Part shown: positions 59,950-64,000 of the stretch, piece by piece
Numbering within the stretch: position 1 is the first letter of the stretch
How the letters are laid out: each line of letters starts with the position of its first letter
Assembly: GCA_963773685.1 (NCBI GenBank)
Contig: CAVZBY010000002.1
Coordinates: 274,038 to 338,037 of the forward strand
Source: Candidatus Aminicenantes bacterium
GTDB lineage: Bacteria > Acidobacteriota > Aminicenantia > Aminicenantales > Saccharicenantaceae
Reading direction: 5' to 3'
Length of the DNA stretch: 64,000 bases
The notes under the pieces: model-generated
The model's database searches: none
What the model was told of the DNA's origin: nothing
The model's input: the letters and a program-made list of their open reading frames with translations, nothing else
Translations under genes and position numbers: made by a program

Positions 59950-62900
59950 ATGCGCAAACGCCCGTTCGTTCTTCCGGTTCTTGCCGTCCTCCTCGGCACG
60001 GTATCAGCGGCCGCCCAGGATCGTCTGAAGACCATGCCGGGATATGCACGCTACGAGAAGATGAACATGGAGATCCCGTCGGCGGCCAAGCTCGGCGCCT
60101 TAACGGTGACCTGGAGCCCGGACGGGAAGACGTTCGAGTACGCGAAGGACGGAAGGCTGTACCGGTACGATGTCGGGGCCCGCAGGGCCATGGAGGCCGG
60201 GGCCGCCCCGGCCGAGGCCCCGCGCCGGGGTCGTCCCGGGGCGGGCCCCGTCCGCGGGCGCCAATGGGACAGCGCGGTCTCGCCGGACAAGAAGCTCAAG
60301 GCCTTCTATCGCGACCGGAACCTCTGGTTGAGCGATGCCGACGGGAAGAACGCGTTCGCCGTCACCGAAGACGGCGCCGTGAAGACGCGGGTCAAGTCGG
60401 GGACGGCGAGCTGGGTCTATGGCGAGGAGCTCGATCAGGCTACCGCCATCTGGTGGTCTCCCGATTCCAAAAAGATCGCGTTCTACCGGTTCGACGAGAG
60501 CCGAGTCCCCGACTACTTCCTCCAGATCGACCAGACGAAGCTTTACAGCGCGCCCGATATCGAAGCCTATCCCAAGGCGGGGGAGCCGAACCCCGTCGTC
60601 GACGTCCTGATCTATGACGTCGCCTCGAAAAAGACCGTCCGGGCCGACGTGCGGGACGGGAAGGCCTTCGACGACGCCGTCGTCGGTCATTATGTCTACA
60701 ACTCCCGGTGGTCGCCCGACGGTTCGGTCCTCCTCTTCAACCGCACGAATCGGCGCCAGAACGTGCTCGAGCTGGCCGCCTGCGATCCGGCCACCGGGAC
60801 CTGCCGGGTCGTTGTACGGGACGAGTGGCCGACCGGCTGGGTCGAGAACAACCCCGAGATGCGGTTCCTCGCGGACGGAAGACGATTCATCCGGCTATCG
60901 GAGCGGACGGGCTGGAAGAACTATTATCTTCACGACCTCGACGGCTCGCTCCTCCGGCCGCTCACGAACCACGCCTTCGAGGTCGCCGGCATCGTTCATG
61001 TCGACGAAAAAGGGGGTGTCCTCTATTACCTAGCCCGCAGCGGCGACAATCCCATGAAGATCCAGCTGCACCGCGTCGGGCTGGACGGAAGGATGGACAG
61101 ACGTCTGACCGACCCCGCCTTCCATCATACGATCACCATGGCCCCGAACGGGAAGCACTTCGTCGACGTCGCCCAGACCCATGACGCCGCCCCAATGACC
61201 CGGCTCATGGACGCGGGGGGAAGGCCCGTCGCCGTGCTGGCCACAAGCGACCTGACGAAGTTCGACGCGCTGGGGCTGAAGAAACCTGAGATCTTCACAT
61301 TCAAGGCCGCGGATGGGGTCACCGATCTTTACGGCCTCTTGAACTTTCCCTCGAACTTCGATCCGGGCAGGAAATACCCGCTCCTCGTCAGCGTTTATGC
61401 GGGTCCCGGGACCAACGGTTCCAACGAGAGCTTCTTGACGAGCGCCCCCCTGACGGAATTCGGCTTTCTCGTCGCCTCCTTCGATACGCGCGGCGCCGGC
61501 GGGCGCGGCCGGCAGGCCCTCGACGCCATCTACATGCGGTTGGGGATCGTCGAGATGGACGATCAGGCGGCGGGGGTCAAGGCCTTATGGGACCGGCCAT
61601 ACGTGGACAGGACCCGCATCGGCATATTCGGGACCTCTTATGGAGGCTACGCCGCGGCGATGTGCCTCCTCCGCTACCCGGAGATCTTCCGTGCCGCCTG
61701 CGCTTCGTCCCCCGTCACCGCCTGGGAACAGTATGACAGCGTCTACACGGAACGCTACATGTGGATCCCCCGGGAGAACGCGATAGGCTACGAGGCCGGG
61801 AACGCCATGACATATGCCGCCAAGCTCGATGGCCGGCTGATGATCTACTACGGGACGGCGGACAACAACGTCCATCCGAACAACTCCATGCAGCTCATCC
61901 AGGCCCTCCAGAAGTCCGGCAAGAGCTTCGAGGTCCAGGTCGGGCCCGACGCCGGACATTCGTCCCTCAACCGGGACCGAATGATGGAGTTTTTCATCGA
62001 GAACCTGGTCATGAACACTCCGCGGCCTGCCGGCTCCTCCTCAGCCGCCGGCGCTCCGGACGAGGCCACGCTCGAAAGGATCAAGAGGATCGAGGCCGGA
62101 CTCCTCAAGAAGGTCCGGATCGAAGGCCGGCCCTACGAAAAAATGACTTTGGCCGAGCGCATGACGGCCCACAAGGTTCCGGCATTGAGCGTCGCGGTCA
62201 TCAGGGATTCGAAGATCGAGTGGGCGAAGGCCTATGGCGTCCAGGACAAGGAGGCCGGAACGGCGGCCACGACAGAGACCCTCTTCCAGGCCGCTTCCAT
62301 CAGCAAGGCGGTCGCCGCCGGGGCCGCGCTCCGGCTCGTGGAACAGGGCCTGCTCGACCTTGACGCGGACGTCAACGGAACGCTCGCCACCTGGAAGGTC
62401 CCCGAAAGCCCGTTCACGAAGGACGCCAAAGTCACGCTTCGACGGATCCTCAGCCACAGCGCCGGGCTGACCGTCCACGGGTTCGAAGGCTACGCGGCCG
62501 GGAAGCCGGTCCCGACGCTCCTCCAGGTCCTCAACGGCGATAAGCCCGCCAATTCGGCGCCCATCCGTGTCGATATCCCCCCGGGCTCCCAGTGGCGTTA
62601 TTCGGGCGGGGGTTATACCGTCATGCAACAGATGATGATGGACGCCGCCCGGAAGCTCTTCCCGGATATCATGAGAGAGTCTGGTCCTCGTGCCCGCGGG
62701 CATGACGTCGAGCACCTACGAACAGCCGATCTCTTCCGAACGGCTGGCCCGGGCCGCGGTTGGATATAGGGCGGACGGGGCGGCGATAGACGGGAAGAGG
62801 AATGTCTATCCCGAAATGGCCGCGGCCGGCCTCTGGACGACACCGAGCGATCTCTGCCGTTACGCCATCGCCGTCATGAACGCCCTCAGCGGCCGGTCAG

Positions 62901-63444
62901 ACGCGCTCCTGTCGAAGGACACGGTGCGGAGGATGCTCACGGTCGAGAAGGCGCCGAGCGGATTGGGGGTTTTCCTGAGCGGGGAAGGCGAGAGCCTGAG
63001 CTTCGGCCACGGCGGGGCGAACGAGGGATTCCGCTGCGACCTGTTCGCGTTCCCGGGCAAGGGTATCGGGGCGGCGATCATGACCAATTCGGACGCGGGC
63101 GGGTCCTGGTGGACGAAGTCCGGCGCGCGATCGCGGCCGAGTACGGCCTTCCTGGATTCGATCCCGTAGTCAAGTCCCTGGCAGACCTCGACGCCCGGGC
63201 CCTCGATCGATATCAGGGCCGGTACGAGATCGATTTCGACGGACAGACCGTTCCCGTCCTGGTTTCGCTAACCGGCGATCATCTGCGCTTGAACTTCAAG
63301 GGCGGCGATTGGGAGCTGTATCCCGAGTCCGAGACCAAGTTCTTCACCATGGACGCGGCGCTCGTCGTCACTTTCATCGTTGACGGCGAAGGACGGGCGA
63401 CCGGTTTCGTGGTCAACGAGACGATGACGGCGAAGAAGGTCTAA
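59950..63444 (+). CDS. secreted fusion protein: DPP-IV-like S9 serine peptidase (beta-propeller plus alpha/beta hydrolase) fused to a C-terminal beta-lactamase-fold serine hydrolase domain. 2 frame shifts near 62690 and 63110
   Basis: Signal peptide MRKRPFVLPVLAVLLGTVSAAAQ, propeller repeats (..WSPDG..), the S9 nucleophile GTSYGGY, ..DNNVHPNNS..HS.., linker TPRPAGSSSAAGAPDE, then a beta-lactamase-fold domain with an intact SxxK (FQAASISKAV) and ..SFGHGG.., ending ..VVNETMTAKKV*. Confidence 0.7.
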
Positions 63445-63483
63445 GCCCCGAGCCGATTCAGGACGTGGGCAGGCGACGGTCCG

Positions 63484-64000
63484 TCATTTCCAGAACAGGA
63501 TCTCGGGGGCTTTTCTCTCCATGGTCGCGAATCCGCCGGCGGGATGGCCGACGATGATGGGGCGCCACGATCGCGCGGTCTTCCGGGAAGCCGAACCGGG
63601 CCCGGCCCTCGGGCGTCCCCAGGTACATCCCCGTGAATCCCATCCAACAGGTCCCGAGCCCGAGGCCGCGGGCCGCGAGCATCAGGTTCTCGGCCGCCAG
63701 AGTGCAATCGACCTCGGCCGTCGGGCTGAGATTCGGCTTTGCGCAGATGACGACGAGCGCGGAGGCACCGTAAAAGAGATCGACCGCCAGGTCCGCGAAC
63801 ATGTCCCGGTATGAGGCGAGCGGCGACATCGGGTCCTGGGAGGCGAGCACGAGCATGTGGGCCTTGGTTCGGGCGTTGAGGTCGGCGAGGACGGCGGGGT
63901 CCTGGATGACGGCAAATTCCCAAGGCTGGAAACCCATGGCGCACGGCGCCTGCACGGCGGCATCGATCAGCTGACGGATCAGATCCTTGTCGACAGGTTT
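63484..64000 (-). CDS. nitroreductase-family protein, partial (5' end beyond window), 1 frame shift near 63560
   Basis: ..[92 protein letters not shown] (the last block is in a second frame). Confidence 0.5.

Overview
This window is a high-GC (about 65-67%) chromosomal segment carrying roughly 55 protein genes, one tRNA-Arg(ACG), and no rRNA, CRISPR array, transposase or integrase. The gene content points to an Acidobacteria-type organism: three carboxypeptidase-regulatory-like TonB-dependent receptors, two GWxTD-domain proteins, a tricorn-protease homolog and a BNR/Sortilin-type glycosyl hydrolase. Six-frame noise is heavy. Most long ORFs antisense to real genes are artefacts of GC content.

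About half of the genes are broken by one to six frame shifts: rhaA, the yprB-like gene, the Zn-ADH, the deacetylase, the purF-like gene, the tricorn homolog, the DAGK-like gene, the gamma-CA, the MaoC gene, TonB receptors #2 and #3, all three sulfatase-like/TPR genes, both GWxTD genes, the GGDEF-EAL gene and the S9 fusion. Neighbouring large genes are intact (TonB receptor #1, the BNR hydrolase at 1100 aa, SecA2 at 833 aa). Homopolymer-type assembly error is the most likely cause but true pseudogenisation cannot be excluded. For these genes the coordinates span the reconstructed gene and the frame-shift positions are approximate.

The region most worth a second look is 38.4-57.2 kb. It has a duplicated cassette (TonB receptor, TPR protein, GWxTD protein) flanking three tandem paralogs of a Thr-nucleophile sulfatase-family domain fused to TPR repeats. 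These are followed by a second GWxTD protein, a lipoprotein and an atypical protein-kinase-like protein. This looks like an uncharacterised envelope or nutrient-acquisition locus.

Other notable items:
- an actinobacterial-type SecA2-like ATPase (DEADSVL signature) next to HtrA and a HEPN/nucleotidyltransferase pair, preceded by a structured direct/inverted repeat leader;
- a c-di-GMP module (tandem PilZ proteins divergent from a PAS-GGDEF-EAL gene);
- an S9 peptidase fused to a beta-lactamase-fold domain, with a lipoprotein paralog of that domain whose catalytic SxxK is replaced by ALGQ (probable pseudoenzyme);
- a PurF-like amidotransferase with Gly in place of the N-terminal Cys nucleophile;
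- a small lower-GC segment after the tRNA that carries stress-type small proteins.
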